A DNA stretch of 64,000 nucleotides from the human T2T-CHM13v2.0 reference genome, Homo sapiens. The position numbers and the translations under genes were made by a program. Under the pieces are notes generated by a model. The model had not been told where the DNA came from and made no database searches. It was given only the letters and a program-made list of their open reading frames with translations. The stretch lies in assembly GCF_009914755.1 (NCBI RefSeq), contig NC_060925.1; one strand, 5' to 3'. Positions 43,750-57,689 of this stretch are shown in pieces. Position 1 is the stretch's first letter. Each line of letters starts with the position of its first letter.

Positions 43750-44140
43750 CACTGAGTTTACCCTTGACATGCCTTGAAACATCTAAATACATTATCAGAA
43801 CTCATTTCTGAACGTTGGACTAAGGCCATCCTCTGACATTAGTGACTTAGCCTACAATGTCCAAAGTTTCAGTGGACATTCCCTAGTGAATACCAGCAAA
43901 ACAACTGTTAATCTCATTCTCCAGGTAAAAAGGACTGGATTCATGATTGCTACTGAATTCCCATGAAAGTCTCTGATATCTCATGTGTAGGGATGATGAA
44001 TGAATATATACATTTCTTTAAAAAATATTCTTAATTCTTACTCAGAAAAATGACTTTGTTTCTATGATGACTACAGGACTGCCATCAGCTAAGCAAGGCA
44101 TGAATGTTTGATAATGAGGAAATAATAAAGGTACTACTTA
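43750..44140 (+). promoter_or_regulatory. Candidate OR2L promoter / first-exon block, copy B
   Basis: Paralog of 26600-26990; donor-like GT at 43925 and 44131. Confidence 0.45.
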
Positions 44141-46158
44141 TAATTGTATTTTAAAATTTTTATTGATCCCAGGGAAGAAGGGACTCTGGCAAGTGCTTAA
44201 GAGGACTTTGTTTCAGAAATAGAATTGAGGTGAATTTCAGCACTAGTGACTGTACTTTCTGTAACACGTCAGCAGAAATCTTGGAGTGTGAAATACAGGC
44301 AACAAAAAGTGGTTTTGCAGCTAATTCATAAGTGTGTTTTCTAGAGGGGAAGGGAGGTGATGATCAATGGAAGAGATAGGGATAAATTAGACTATGCTTT
44401 TATAGGATCCAGTGAAATTAACCCACATTCACAATAATTATTGTAGGGGGCAACATTTCCTCATTCCTACTTGGTTGGTGTTTTGTTTTGTTTTGTTTTT
44501 GTTTGATTTATTTTGTCCTGAATGATCAGTGATTATGTCATGCTCATTATAATCTTATTGCTGCTTCTCACTTTGTATTTTACCTTATATGAATCCAGCC
44601 TGTCTAATGAAATACCTAGAAAGTACTAGTGTTGTCTTTGCATAAAAACGTTAAAAGGGCATTAAAGTAAAGGCACAATGAGAATGGTTAAAATTACCAG
44701 TCTGTAGTGCAATGATACATTTTCTTAAAAGAAGGACCTTCTTCTGGAAATAAATAATGAAGGTAACTGCATGATTAGTAGCTGTGCTATGGTTATCCGG
44801 ATTTTGTTTTTACACACAATTTGTGCCAAATTGTAGTGCTTTGTGCTTTTAATATTTACAATGTATTAATTTTTTCTTTTGGTACATATGGTAAAGTTTC
44901 AGTGAAATAATAGAAATATCTGCCTTAACAACCACGCAGAGTTTTTGTGAGAAGCAAATGAGCAGAGCATGTGGAAACAATGTGAAGCTTTATTATTCAA
45001 CAGTCATAGCAGATAACAAGTGTGTGGATGTAAGTGATAGTGATTATCTTGATGATGAGGGCAAGGGTAATGAGGAAAATGCTGAAACTTGCAGCTTCTC
45101 TTCAGTGATACACCCAGTCAAGTAAGACACGTTCACTATCTCACAGACAGCTCCTGGTAACCCATGGATTCTTCCCCCTGTTGTAATTATAAACTACAGG
45201 GTCAGACATTCATCAACAAAAGCTTACATTTCTAGTAATTGTAAGAGATAGAATTTGATTTAATTTTAAATGGAGCCTCTGTCCCTTGAACTTACCCAGT
45301 GAAGCAGAGTAAGCACATCCTCATTCCAAAATAACAGACAAAGGATATACTTTCATAATCAGTTTCTATATATCCATGGAAATGTCTGTCTACGTACTTA
45401 CTGGTGTATCTATCTGTGAGAGCTGATGCACTATTGTGGGCCTCAATGCAGGTTGTGACTTGGAAGCACACATGCACACAAGCAAATACTCACTTTACAT
45501 TCTTTACTCCTTTACACCTGAAAGAGTTATGGTTCTCCAACTTCATACCCTTCTCAACAATTAAATATACACATTGTGTAAATATGTGTAAGACCAGTTA
45601 TTCCTATGTCAGTTACCTACAACATTATGTACTGTGTCTCTTCTTAGGAGAATCTATTGTGGAGGAACTTGAAGGAAGGAGGAATCTCCTATAGGATTCC
45701 ATGCCAGGATGCTGTGGAGAGCCATCCTTGTCTAGACTCCAGAGGACACTCTTCTGTGTCATCTGATTGACATTCTAGACAAGTGCTGTCAATGTGAAAT
45801 AATTCTTACTAAAGACATGCAGATTCAGGTACAGACAGCTTGTTTTAAGGAATTAAGAGTGACTCATGGAGTCAATGACTTCACTGCCATTTCAGTGAAA
45901 CTGATGCTATTTCCTGTTTTACCATTTTCCAGCTCTATGTGTTAGTAGGGAGATCACTTTCTGGAAGTTTCAAAGATTCAGAACTTTAGGATATTACAGA
46001 TATCACTTCAGAAGAGAGAAAGTAATCCAGATTCTGGAAAATCCCATAATGAGTGTCTTGGATTTTGCAGACTTTTAGAAGTTCCATCTGATTTCTTATA
46101 AATCTTGCAGGTAAGCCAACTTGTGCCCCTGCCTTCCTAGCTTTTTCTTTTTCTTTCT

Positions 46159-46189
<31 letters not shown>

Positions 46190-47560
46190 AAATCCAGTTT
46201 TTCTGCACCTATGCAAATAATCCTATCAATTTTAAGGAGACCAGCCTTATTTTGTGATGAATAATGGTTTTTCTGTTTGATCAAAGCTGAGGAAAGTATA
46301 GGGAGGAAAATCTGTGCCCCAGTAGAAAACTGCAGAATCTGAACTCAAGAAGACCATCCTCCTTGGTTCCCAACTCTGTCACTAGGTCACTGCACAGTCA
46401 TGAGTAACTCTCTTCAAATCCTGTGATTCAGTGATTCTTCCTTGTGATAAGTAGACTATAGGTGAAAAATCTTTGTCTTCTGTGAATGTATGAATCACTA
46501 AATTAGAGTACTTTCTTCATCTTACTTTCAACTCTAAATTGAAGGATAGGAAAGAGATCCATGCAACGCAATGATGCTTTTTGACTTCAAAAGTTAGTAA
46601 TAGGTTCTTCATTTGAAACTTTGGCAGCTTTTGGAGAATTGTAATTATTATGCTGAATATGTACATCCTCAACTTGATTTACACAGGAGATTATATGGCT
46701 GTTTTTTTTTTTAACTGAATTCTTCCAGTAGGGAAACTTTTACATTGGGAACAAGACAGAAAATGTCTTTCATTTAGAGTTTCTGAGAAACCGTTTTTCT
46801 GTGAAGATACATAACTGTTGCCAGGTGAAGTTAAAGTACATTAAAAACAGGTGATATGAGGAAACAGAAGAATTGTAATGAGTAAAGTTTAATTATTAAA
46901 ATAATTCTACTTGTTTTTAATTTTTTATACTTTCTCAATTATTTACCACTTATATGGAGTTTTTGACTTAATAAATTTAATTTTTTTTCTTTTCCTTTTG
47001 TTTTGGGTGATTAAAAAGTGAGCCACCGTTATTTCAGATTTACTGCCAAAAATTTTTGAGGGATGAACTACACCACACATTTTTAAAAGGTTTATATTAA
47101 TGTATGTTTATTTATGTAGGTGTGACATTTACTCATAGGTTTGTGTGTGTGTACATACATATGCATATATGTATGTGTGTTTGTGGATCTAGAGAAGTTT
47201 ACTGAAAATCTCTGAATCTCAGTTTCATCATCTATAAAATGTCAGTGGCGATACCAATCTGAAGAGTTATTTTGATGAACTCCAACAGAATCAAGGAATG
47301 AATGCTGTGACGTTCCAGGTGCCAATATGTGGAGAGAGTCTGTGAAAGTTCACGCCTCCCTCCTTCCTTTCATGTGAGACGTAGTTCAGGTTTAAGGTTT
47401 GTGGGTCCTACTCACTCTGAAATCTCGACTACAACTTTTTCTGCTTGTTTTTTCCTCCTGTGTATTATTTCATTAATGCTGACACCTGTATACTGAATTT
47501 TTAGTGAAAAGAAAGTAAAAGCAAGTAAAGATGTTTCTTAGTTGGCTTAAATACCTTCTT

Positions 47561-47655
47561 TATAGCTATTTCTGTAAATAAAAAAATAAAATATAGCTAT
47601 TTCTGTAAATAAAAAAAATAATAAAAGGACTATTTCTGTAAATAAAAGAATAAAA
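47561..47655. repeat. Three tandem copies of a ~31-35-bp unit (ctatttctgtaaataaaa...)
   Basis: Seen directly; single copy in paralogs at ~29551 and ~63265. Confidence 0.85.
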
Positions 47656-48624
47656 TTTCTTATATTTTACATAAGAAAAATATATCCTGTTCACATTATT
47701 GAAACAGAAACATCATGGCTGAGGCTGCTTTCCTGTCAGGAACCAGCCTCTCATTTTATTTAAATAATATTATATAATAGGACATTAGAATATTAAAACC
47801 CTGGAACATGGATAATAAAAAGATGATACATTGGCAGTCCTAAAACACAGCATTAAATATCAGATCTGATGTGTCATTTATTATGCTGTTTTATGTTCCT
47901 TTTTCCTCTCTTTAAAATTAGGATAATGTAAACCATATCTTGGACAGTTTGTCATAGACAGCCCTCTGTAAAATACAAATGATAGAAATGTTTGAAATGT
48001 AAATTGTGTTAACAATTTCAAATATTACATGTTCTACTTACCAATAATTAACCAATAATATAAATTATATTGTATTGGATCTGTATATAGTATTGGATTT
48101 GTCTTAATGCCAATCTCCTATTGATTCCAAATGACATTTATGAAAATAATTTTCTCTTCTAAATTTTTTTTTAATTACCAATGTCATAAAATACCTGAAA
48201 ATAAATTGCTCTGCAGAGGCTTAGAAACCTGCCAAGATTTTTTAAAAATGTATTTGGAAATCCAAATTGGAATAATTTCAGTAAATTTAAGTGATTTTTT
48301 ATTAGGGCAAATATACATAAGAGAAACACCAGTTTAACCTTTTTAAGTGTAGAATTCTGTGTCATTAAGCACATATACTGTTGTGCAGCCATCACTACCA
48401 TGCACCTATCTCCAAAACAATTTCATTGTCTCCAACTAATACTTTGGCTCCAGCATACCACTTTCCCTCTCTGTGAATTTCACTACAGTGGGTACTTCAT
48501 GTAAGTGAATTCATGCAATATTTGTCTTTCTGTGACAGGCTTATTTCACTTAGCATAATGTATTCAAGCTTCATCCATGTTGTAGCATGTGTCAAAATTT
48601 CTTCGCTTTTAAAAACTGTATACA

Positions 48625-49105
<481 letters not shown>

Positions 49106-49178
49106 TTCTGCGGATAAGGATGAATTTCTGTCTTAACTTACTCGTGTCTCCCTTCCGGATGGATTGTAGGAATGCCCC

Positions 49179-50117
49179 ATGGAAAATTGCAATCAAACAT
49201 CAACTGATTTCATCTTACTGGGGCTGTTCCCACCATCAAGAATTGGCCTTTTCCTCTTCATCCTCATTGTTTTCATTTTCCTAATGGCTCTAATTGGAAA
49301 CCTATCCATGATTCTTCTCATCTTCTTGGACACTCATCTCCACACACCCATGTGTTTCCTACTTAGTCAGCTCTCCCTCATTGACCTAAATTACATCTCC
49401 ACCATTGTTCCTAAGATGGCATCTGATTTTCTGCATGGAAACAAGTCTATCTCCTTCACTGGGTGTGGGATTCAGAGTTTCTTCTTCACGACTTTAGCCG
49501 TTGTAGAAGCGCTACTCCTGATATCAATGGCCTATGTTCGTTGCATTGCTATTTGCTTTCCTCTCCACTATCTCATCCGCATGAGCAAAAGAGTGTGTGT
49601 GCTGATGATAACAGGATCTTGGATCATAGGCTCGATCAATGCTTGTGCTCACACTGTATATATACTCCATATTCCTTATTGCCCATCTAGGGTTATCAAT
49701 CATTTCTTCTGTGATGTCCCAGCAATGGTGACTCTGGCCTGCATGGACACCTGGGTCTATGAGGGCACAGTGCTTTTGAGTGCCACCATCTTTCTCGTGT
49801 TTCCCTTCATTGCTATTTCATGTTCCTATGGCCGGGTTCTCCTTGCTGTCTACCACATGAAATCTGCAGAAGGGAAGAAGAAGGCCTACCTGACCTGCAG
49901 CACCCACCTCACTGTAGTAACTTTCTACTATACACCTTTTGTCTACACCTATCTACGTCCAAGATCCCTGTAATCTCCAACAGAGGACAAGGTTCTGGCT
50001 GTCTTCTACACCACCCTCACCCCAATGCTCAACCCCATCATCTATAGCCTGAGGAACAAGGAGGTGATGGGGGCCCTGACACGAGTGAGTCAGAGAATCT
50101 GCTCTGTGAAAATGTAG
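49179..50117 (+). pseudogene. OR2L6P: OR2L-family olfactory receptor pseudogene, premature stop at codon 265
   Basis: 939 nt with no frameshift; TAA at 49971-49973; MAYDRY>MAYVRC, PMYF>PMCF; ancestral TAG at 50115-50117. Symbol from remembered order. Confidence 0.82.
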
Positions 50118-50787
50118 AAACACTTTCTGCCTAAGGTTTCAGGACTCAGATACACATCCATTCAGCAGTGTATAGTAATTAAAATATCATTTCATTCCTA
50201 GAGTTCAGGAGCAAAAAGTAATCAACAGAAGAAAAAAAAATCACTGATTTCTGGACAAAATTGTTTTACAAAGATGTATATAATTCTAAACAACCTTTTT
50301 CTTCATGGCATTTATCCCATAAATTTTGAAAGCACATACTTTTGCCAAAATATTGTCAATGAGAATGTTTGTTTTTAGTTATGCAGAAATGGAAATGAAA
50401 TTTGTCTAACCAAAGTTGGCACTTAGTATAACAATTCTATTATTGTCAATTTATTTTCCAGTAATTTTAAATTTACATTTTTGTTTATGTCTAAAACAAA
50501 AAAATATCTCTTGACTTGGTGGATCCAATTGAAAACTGTAAAATGTCTTTCTTATTTAGACACTTAACGTACCAGTTACTGTTTCTTTCAACTTAGGGAA
50601 GTTATTTTTACACAATTTAGCAGAGAGCTCGTCAGGGATTCTTAAGTCCTGATACCACGCTGGATGGCCTATGACAAGTTTATGTGTTTTATAGGGGAAT
50701 GAATCCCAGGAAATGATTGAACATCAGGTATATTTTAGGTCAACAACAAGGACTGGAATGTGCCAGCAGTAATAAAAATGATTACAT

Positions 50788-51772
50788 TTAGTTCTTTAAC
50801 CCATTTTGAGTTGATTTTGGTATGGTATAAGAATTGGGAGTTTAGTTTCATTTTTCTGCTTAAAAATATCCAGTTTTCCCTGCACAGTGTATTGAAGACA
50901 CTGTCTTTTTCCCAGTGAACATTCTTGGGTCTGTTGTCAAAAATCAGTTGACTGCACCAGGCACAGAAAGATTCTGCATGTTCTCACTCATCTGTGGGAG
51001 CTAAAATTTTTAAAAATGGAACCAGTGGAAATAGAGAATAGACTGATGGTCACCAGAGGGTGGGAAGGGTGCAGGGGAGGGGTGATAAAGTGGGGATGGT
51101 TAACAGTTGCAAAAATATAATTAGATATAATGAATAAGAGCCAGTAATTGGTAGCACAACAGAGTGACTATAGTAAACAATAATTTATTGTAGAATTTAT
51201 TGTATATCTTCAAGAATAACTCAAAGTGTGGAATTGGAATGTTCTCAACACAAAGAAATAATGCATATTTCAGGTGATGGTTACCCCAATTACCCAAATT
51301 TGATCATTACACATTGTATGCCTTTATCAAAACATCACATACCCTCCATAATTATATATTACTATTATAGTAATTAAAAATAAAAAAATTAAATCAGTTA
51401 ACTGTAGATGGGTGGATTTATTTCTGGGTTCTCTGTTCTGTTTCATTGTTCTATGTGTCTTTTTTATGCCAGTACCATTCTGTTTTGGTTATTCCATGTT
51501 TGTAGTATAGTTTGAAGTTTGGTACTTTTATGCCTCCAGGTTTGTTCTTTTTGTTCAAGATTGCTTTGACTATTTGGGGTCTTTTATAGTTCCATACGAA
51601 TCGTAGAATGGTTTTTACTATTTATGTGCAGAATGTCATTGGTATTTTGATAGACATTGCATTGAATCTGTAGTTTGGTTATTTAAATAATATTAATTAT
51701 TCAATCCATGAGCATTGGATGTTTTCCCATTTGTTTGTATTCCTCTTCATTTTCTTTTACCAGTGTTTTGTA
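50788..51772 (-). mobile_element. Old L1M ORF2 fragment with a nested sense L1M 3' end (~50955-51390)
   Basis: Antisense ORF2 similarity to ~2130-2670 is interrupted at aatcagtt by a sense 3' end with A-tail and resumes at aaatcagtt (~51391). Confidence 0.7.
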
Positions 51773-52288
51773 CAAATCATTCTAGTGTTCTCTTCCATGT
51801 CTACAGTTAACAGTAAAGTATTACGGTAAAAATTATTTCAATGCTTTTGAAATGTCATTTCTATTTCTAAGCCTGTGGATATTTGTTTTACAATGTCGTA
51901 GCAGTTAAAACATACATTTTGAACTTGTTTTATGAATCAGAGTAAGTCTTTGTTGTGCTTTGTTGCAATGAGCAGCGTATATTTTTATTTGGTGATGATT
52001 TACTAACAAAGTTTACTGCCTAAACTTCTTGCCATTTCCTGTCCTGAACTCAGTCAGATACGTCATATTCCATGAATACAACAGAGATGGGCTCTGGAGC
52101 AGAGGGAAAATAGGCCTCCCATCAGCAGTCACTTGCTACTGCCAGGGAGAGCACCTCCTCTCTTCCCCGTTAGGGACAATTGTACCCAACTGCCACCTGT
52201 GCCACTGCTTCTATCATTACTACCAATCTGAGCCCAGTCATACCCCAGCCACTGCTTGGGGTCCTGTGGTACTGTGAAATATTGCAAG

Positions 52289-52291
<3 letters not shown>

Positions 52292-52339
<48 letters not shown>

Positions 52340-52343
52340 TGTG
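52292..52343. repeat. (TG)n microsatellite
   Basis: More than 20 perfect TG units. Confidence 0.95.
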
Positions 52344-52641
52344 CATAAGAACGCCAGGCCAGTTGTCTCATGTGGGTGTTGCCTGAGCCCACTTGTGTAG
52401 TCACTGCTACTGAACCAAAACTGCATGCATTCTGCCAACCTCTCCAGTTCCTCTGTCACAAGCATGCTTAAAGATGAAATGATTGAAACTTCCAATGATA
52501 ACAGCAGAGCATGAAACCATGCATGGAGCCCTTTGAGTGTGGGACCCTGTGCATAGGTCCATGAAACCAATCCCGAGAAGGATGGGAAGAGTGAACATGA
52601 AGTGAATGAGATCATGCAGCCTAGGATAGTGGTGGGAATGC

Positions 52642-53030
52642 GTGATGGTCTGAGTGTTTGTATACTCCCCAAATCCATATGCTTAAATCTTAACCCTCAA
52701 TGTGATAATATTAGGAGTTGGGGCCTTTTGGGAAATGACTAGGTCATGAGGGTAGCACCCTCTTGAGTAAGATTTGTGCCTTTCTAAAGAAGGCTTGAGA
52801 GAGCTTGTTTGTGCCTTCTACCATGTGAGGTCACAGCAGACAGTACCAACTATGGTGTCATACAAGCTACCATCTATGAACCAGAAAGCAACCTTTCTCC
52901 AGACACTGAATCTTCAGTCACTTCGTCTTAAATTTCACAGGTTCCACAACTCTGAGAAACACATTTCTCTTGTTTATAGGTTACCCCATTTAAGATACAT
53001 TTGTCATAGCAGCTTGAATACACTAAGATG
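52642..53030 (+). mobile_element. MLT1A-like ERVL-MaLR LTR
   Basis: tgatggtctgagtgtttg...ccccaaatccatatg...gtcatgagggt...ccatgtgagg...atagcagcttgaatacactaaga. Confidence 0.8.
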
Positions 53031-54599
53031 GAATGTCTACTGTTTTTGTTATTTATTATTATTGGAAAGAACCTGAGGGAGGACTGAAATAAGCAGTGGT
53101 GCTCAGTTCAGACCCTTTACCCTTTCAGGTAGTGATTCATGGAGGGAATCAGTAGACTTAGCTCTATGATTTTCTGTGATGTACCATGGCCTCGGGGAAA
53201 TCATTCCATCTCTCTGAAGTTAGTTGACTGAAAAACAATATGGATGCCTTGTACCTTATCAGTAAATGGCATCATTGAAATCACTCCTACTGACATTCCT
53301 GTATAGGCAATGGTGATCCTATTTTTCATGCCAATGACTCTGGCAGTGGAGATAAAGAGGTCATCAGTGAATATTGAGCCTTCCAAGGCTATCATAAATG
53401 ACACTTCAAAAGTCTTTTATGCCAGTAGGCTCTGGCTCAGGAAAGCAATAAGCTAGTCCCCTCTGACGTGGTGTCTGCACTCAAGAGGCCACTCCTTTCC
53501 CCTTATGGTCATTAAGAAGAACAACATAAAAAGAAGTCAAATTATTCAAATCTACTGTCATTTGCTACATTGTTTATGAGAATATACACAAGATAATTTT
53601 GAAAGTTGGGCAATAATTCCCCTTGGTGGGGAAGTTAATGAATTCATTACCTCACAGAGTTCTTGGCTAATTTTTAAGTTATGCCTCTTCCTCGTTTTAG
53701 CCATTTTTCTTTCCATCCAAATGTTATGCTGTAGTTATTATTTTGCACTTCACAGTCGTTCTTTAATTATTTCCTGTCTTTGGAACAGAAGATGCAAATT
53801 TTATAGAACATGGTATCTATCTGGATTTCATAACATACACTGTGTGCATTTAGAAATTTCTTATGTATTCCATTAGCAAAGTTTGATTTTTGGAAAAGGA
53901 CATGAGTACTCTTTCTATTTTGAAGGATGAGTATATTTCTCGTTAGAACAAGTTGTGGTTCAGTAGTGAAATAATTAAAGTAAAGGAATGAGTGGTGTAC
54001 CATCCACAAATATGCTGACTCAGCATATTTATTAGTTTGAGCTGAAAACATTGGAGAAATTTTGGTTAACATTAGAAGAAAAGGTTACCTAAGCTGTCTT
54101 TTTCTGCATGCAGCAAGCTATAAAGATTCCTCCAGGACTCTTTGGTACATTCTTATACTTTTCTGGTACCCTCCCTGTATCACAATAGAAAATAGCACTT
54201 ACAACCAGAGCCTGGGAATTGGAAGAATGCAGTTGACCTGAATAAATAAACTTTAAGAATTAACCCTTATTTTCCACTAGCTTTACACCCCCATATACCT
54301 CCTAGTGACACCCCTAGAATTAATGGCTTCAAGCCAGTTTCTCTATTCTTTGATTTTTTCTATAATTTATCATTCTTTGTCTAAAAGTATAAAAATATCT
54401 TGCATTGACCATTTATTTGGACTTCATACTCTTGTGAAGAGTCACATGTACATGTAATATTAATACAGCTTATGTGTTTTTTTCTCATTAATCTGTGTTG
54501 TATCAATTTGTTTCCTAGACCTGGGCAAAAAGCTCACATAGGAGATAAAGTGAGTGATCTCTCATGTTTCTACAGAAGTAACAATTAACTTCCTTTTGT

Positions 54600-56340
54600 A
54601 CTTACAAAGAGGCTTAGACTCCCACACAATAATAGTGGGAGACTTTAACACCCCACTGTCAATATTAGAGAGATCACTGAGACAGAAAATTAACAAGAAT
54701 ATTCAGGACTTTAACTCAGCTCTGGACCAAGCAAACCTAATAGGCATTTACAGAACTATTCACCCCAAATCAATAGAATATACATTCTTCTTAGCAATAC
54801 ATTGCACTTATTCTAAAATTGACCACATAATTGGAATTCAAACACTCCTCAGCAAATGCAAAAGATTGGAAATCATAACAAACAGTCCCTCAGACCACAG
54901 TGCAATCAAATTAGAACTCAGGACTAAGAAACTCACTCAAAACCACACAACTACATGGAAACTGAACAACCTGCTCCTGAATGACTATTGGGTAAATAAT
55001 GAAATTAAAGCAGAAATAAATAAGTTGCTTGAAGCCAATGAGAACAAAGACACAATGTATCAGAATCTCTGGGACACAGCTAAAGCAGTGGTTAGAGGAA
55101 AATTTATAGCACTAAATGCCCACATCAGAAAGCGGGAAAAATCTAAAACAGACACACTAACATCACAATTAAAAGAAAAAGAGAAGCAAACCCAAACAAA
55201 TTCAAAAGCTAGCAAAAGACAAGAAATAACTAAGATCAGAGGAGATAGAGACTCAAAAAATCCTTCAAAAAATCAATGAATCCAGGAGCTGGTTTTTTGA
55301 AAAGGTTAACAAAATAGACCACTAGTCAGATTAATAAAGAAGAAAAGAGAGAAGAATAAAATAGACACAATAAAAAATGATAAAGGGGATATCACCACTG
55401 ATCCCACAGAAACACCGACTATCATCAGAGAATACTATAAAGACCTCTACACAAATAAACTAGAAAATCTAGAAGAAATGGGCAAATTCCTGGACATATA
55501 CACCCTCTGAAGTCTAAACCAGGAAGAAGTCAAATCCCTGAACAAAACAATAACAAGTTCTGAAATTGAGGCAGTAATTAATAGCCTTATAACCAAAAAA
55601 AGCCCAGGATCAGATGGATTCACAGCCGAATTCTACCAAAGGTACAAAGCAGAGCTGGAATCATTCCTTCTGAAACAGTTTCAGACAATTGAAAAAGAGG
55701 GACCCCTCCCTTTTATGAGGACAGCATCTCCCCAACACCAAAACCTGTCAGAGACAAAACAGAAAAAGAAAATTTCAGGCCAATATTCTTGATGAATGTA
55801 GATGCAAAAATCCTCAATAAAATACTGGCAAACCAAATCCAACAGCATATCACAAAACTTATCCACCACCATCAAGTTGGATTCACCCCTGGAATGCAAG
55901 GATGGTTCAACATAAGCAAATCAATAAATGTAATGCATCGCATAAACAGAACTAATGACAAAACCATATGATTATTTCAATAGATGCGGAAAAGACCTTC
56001 AATAAAATTCAACACTCCTGCATGCTAAAAACTCTCAATAAGCTAGGTGTTCACAGAACGTATCTCAAAATAATAAGAGCTATTCATGACAAACCCACAA
56101 CCAATACAATACTGAATGGGCAAAAGCTGGAAGCATTCCCTATGAAAACCAGCACAAGATAAGGATGCCCTCTCTCACCACTCCTATTCTGCATAGTATT
56201 GGAAGTAGTGGCCAAGGCAATCAGGCAGGAGAAAGAAATAAAGGGTATTCAAATAGGAAGAGAGGAAGTAAAATTATCTCTCTTTGCAGATGACATGATT
56301 GCATATTTAGGGAACCGCATAGTCTCAGCCCAAAATCTTC
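54600..56340 (+). mobile_element. L1PA ORF2 internal fragment (EN to RT), lacking both ends
   Basis: [20 protein letters not shown] through FADD (56283-56294). Confidence 0.93.
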
Positions 56341-57689
56341 TGTTTGTTATGATTTCCGTTTTTTGCATTTGCTGAGGAGTGTTTTACTTCCAATTATGTT
56401 GGGTCAGTTTAAGAAGAAGTCAATGCAGTGCTGAGAAGAATGTATATTCTGTTGATTTGGGGTGGAGAGTACTGTAGATTTCTATTAGGTTGGCTTGGTG
56501 CAGAGCTGAGCTCTAGTCCTAAATATCCTTGTGAATTTTCTGTCTCATTGCTCTCTCTAATATTGACAATGGGGTGTTAAAGTCTCCCATTATTATTGTG
56601 TGGGAGTCTAAGTCTCTTTGTAGGTCTCTAAGAACTTGCTTTATGAATCTGGGTGCTCCTGTATTGGGTGCATATATATTTAGAATAGTTAGCTCTTCTT
56701 GTTGTATTGATCCCTTTACCACTATGTAATGCCCTTCTTTGTCTCTTTTGATCTTTGTTGGTTTAAAGTCTGTTTTATCAGAGACTAAGATTGCAAATAC
56801 TGCTTTGTTGTTGTTTTTTTTTTTTTTTTTTTTTTTTTTGCTTTCCATTTGCTTAGTAAATCTTCCTCCATCCCTTTATTTTGAGTCTATGTGTGTCTTT
56901 GCATGTGAGATGGGTCTCCTGAATACAGCACACCAATAGGTCTTGACTCTTTATCCAATTTGCCAGCCTATGTCTTTGAATTGGGATATTTAGCCCATTT
57001 ACATTTAAGGTTAATATTGCTATGTGTGAATTTGATCCTGTCATTATGATGCTATTTGGTTACTTTGTCCGTTAGTTGATGCAGTTTCTTCATAGTGTCG
57101 ATGGTCTTTACAATTTGGTATGTTTTTGCAGTGGCTGGTACCCGTTGTTTCATTCCATGTTTAGTGCTTCCTTCAGGAGCTCTTGTAAGGTAGGCCTGGT
57201 GGTGACAAAATCTCTTAGCATTTGCTTGTCTGTAAAGGATTTTATTTCTCCTTCATGTATGAAGCTTAGTTTGGCTGGATATGAAATTATGTTTTGAAAA
57301 TTCTTTTCTTTAAGGTTGAATATTGGCTCCCATTCTCTTCTCGCTTATAGGGTTTCTGTAGAGAGATCCACTGTTAATTTTGATGGTCTTCCCTTTGTGG
57401 GTAAACCAGTCTTTCTCTCTGGCTGCTGTTATCATTTTTCCTTCAGTTTAACCTTGGTGAATCTGACAATTATGTGTTGTAGGGTTGCTCTTCTCGAGGA
57501 GTATCTTTGTGGTGTTCTCTGTATTTCCTGAATTTGAATGTTGGTCTGTCTTGATAGGTTGGGGAAGTTCTCCTGGATAATATCCTGAAATGTGTTTTCC
57601 AGCTTGGTTCCATTCTCCCCATCATTTTCAGGTATACCAATCAAATGTAGGTTTGGTCTTTTCTCATAGTCCTATATTTCTTGGAGGCT
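56340..57689 (-). mobile_element. L1PA ORF1-ORF2 internal fragment, tail-to-tail with the previous fragment
   Basis: ORF1 IGIPENDGENGTKLEN; ORF2 start [11 protein letters not shown] at 57044. Confidence 0.93.

Noticed and set aside
47561-47655. CRISPR-like repeat array
   Set aside because: Eukaryotic tandem slippage repeat with no unique spacers or cas genes.
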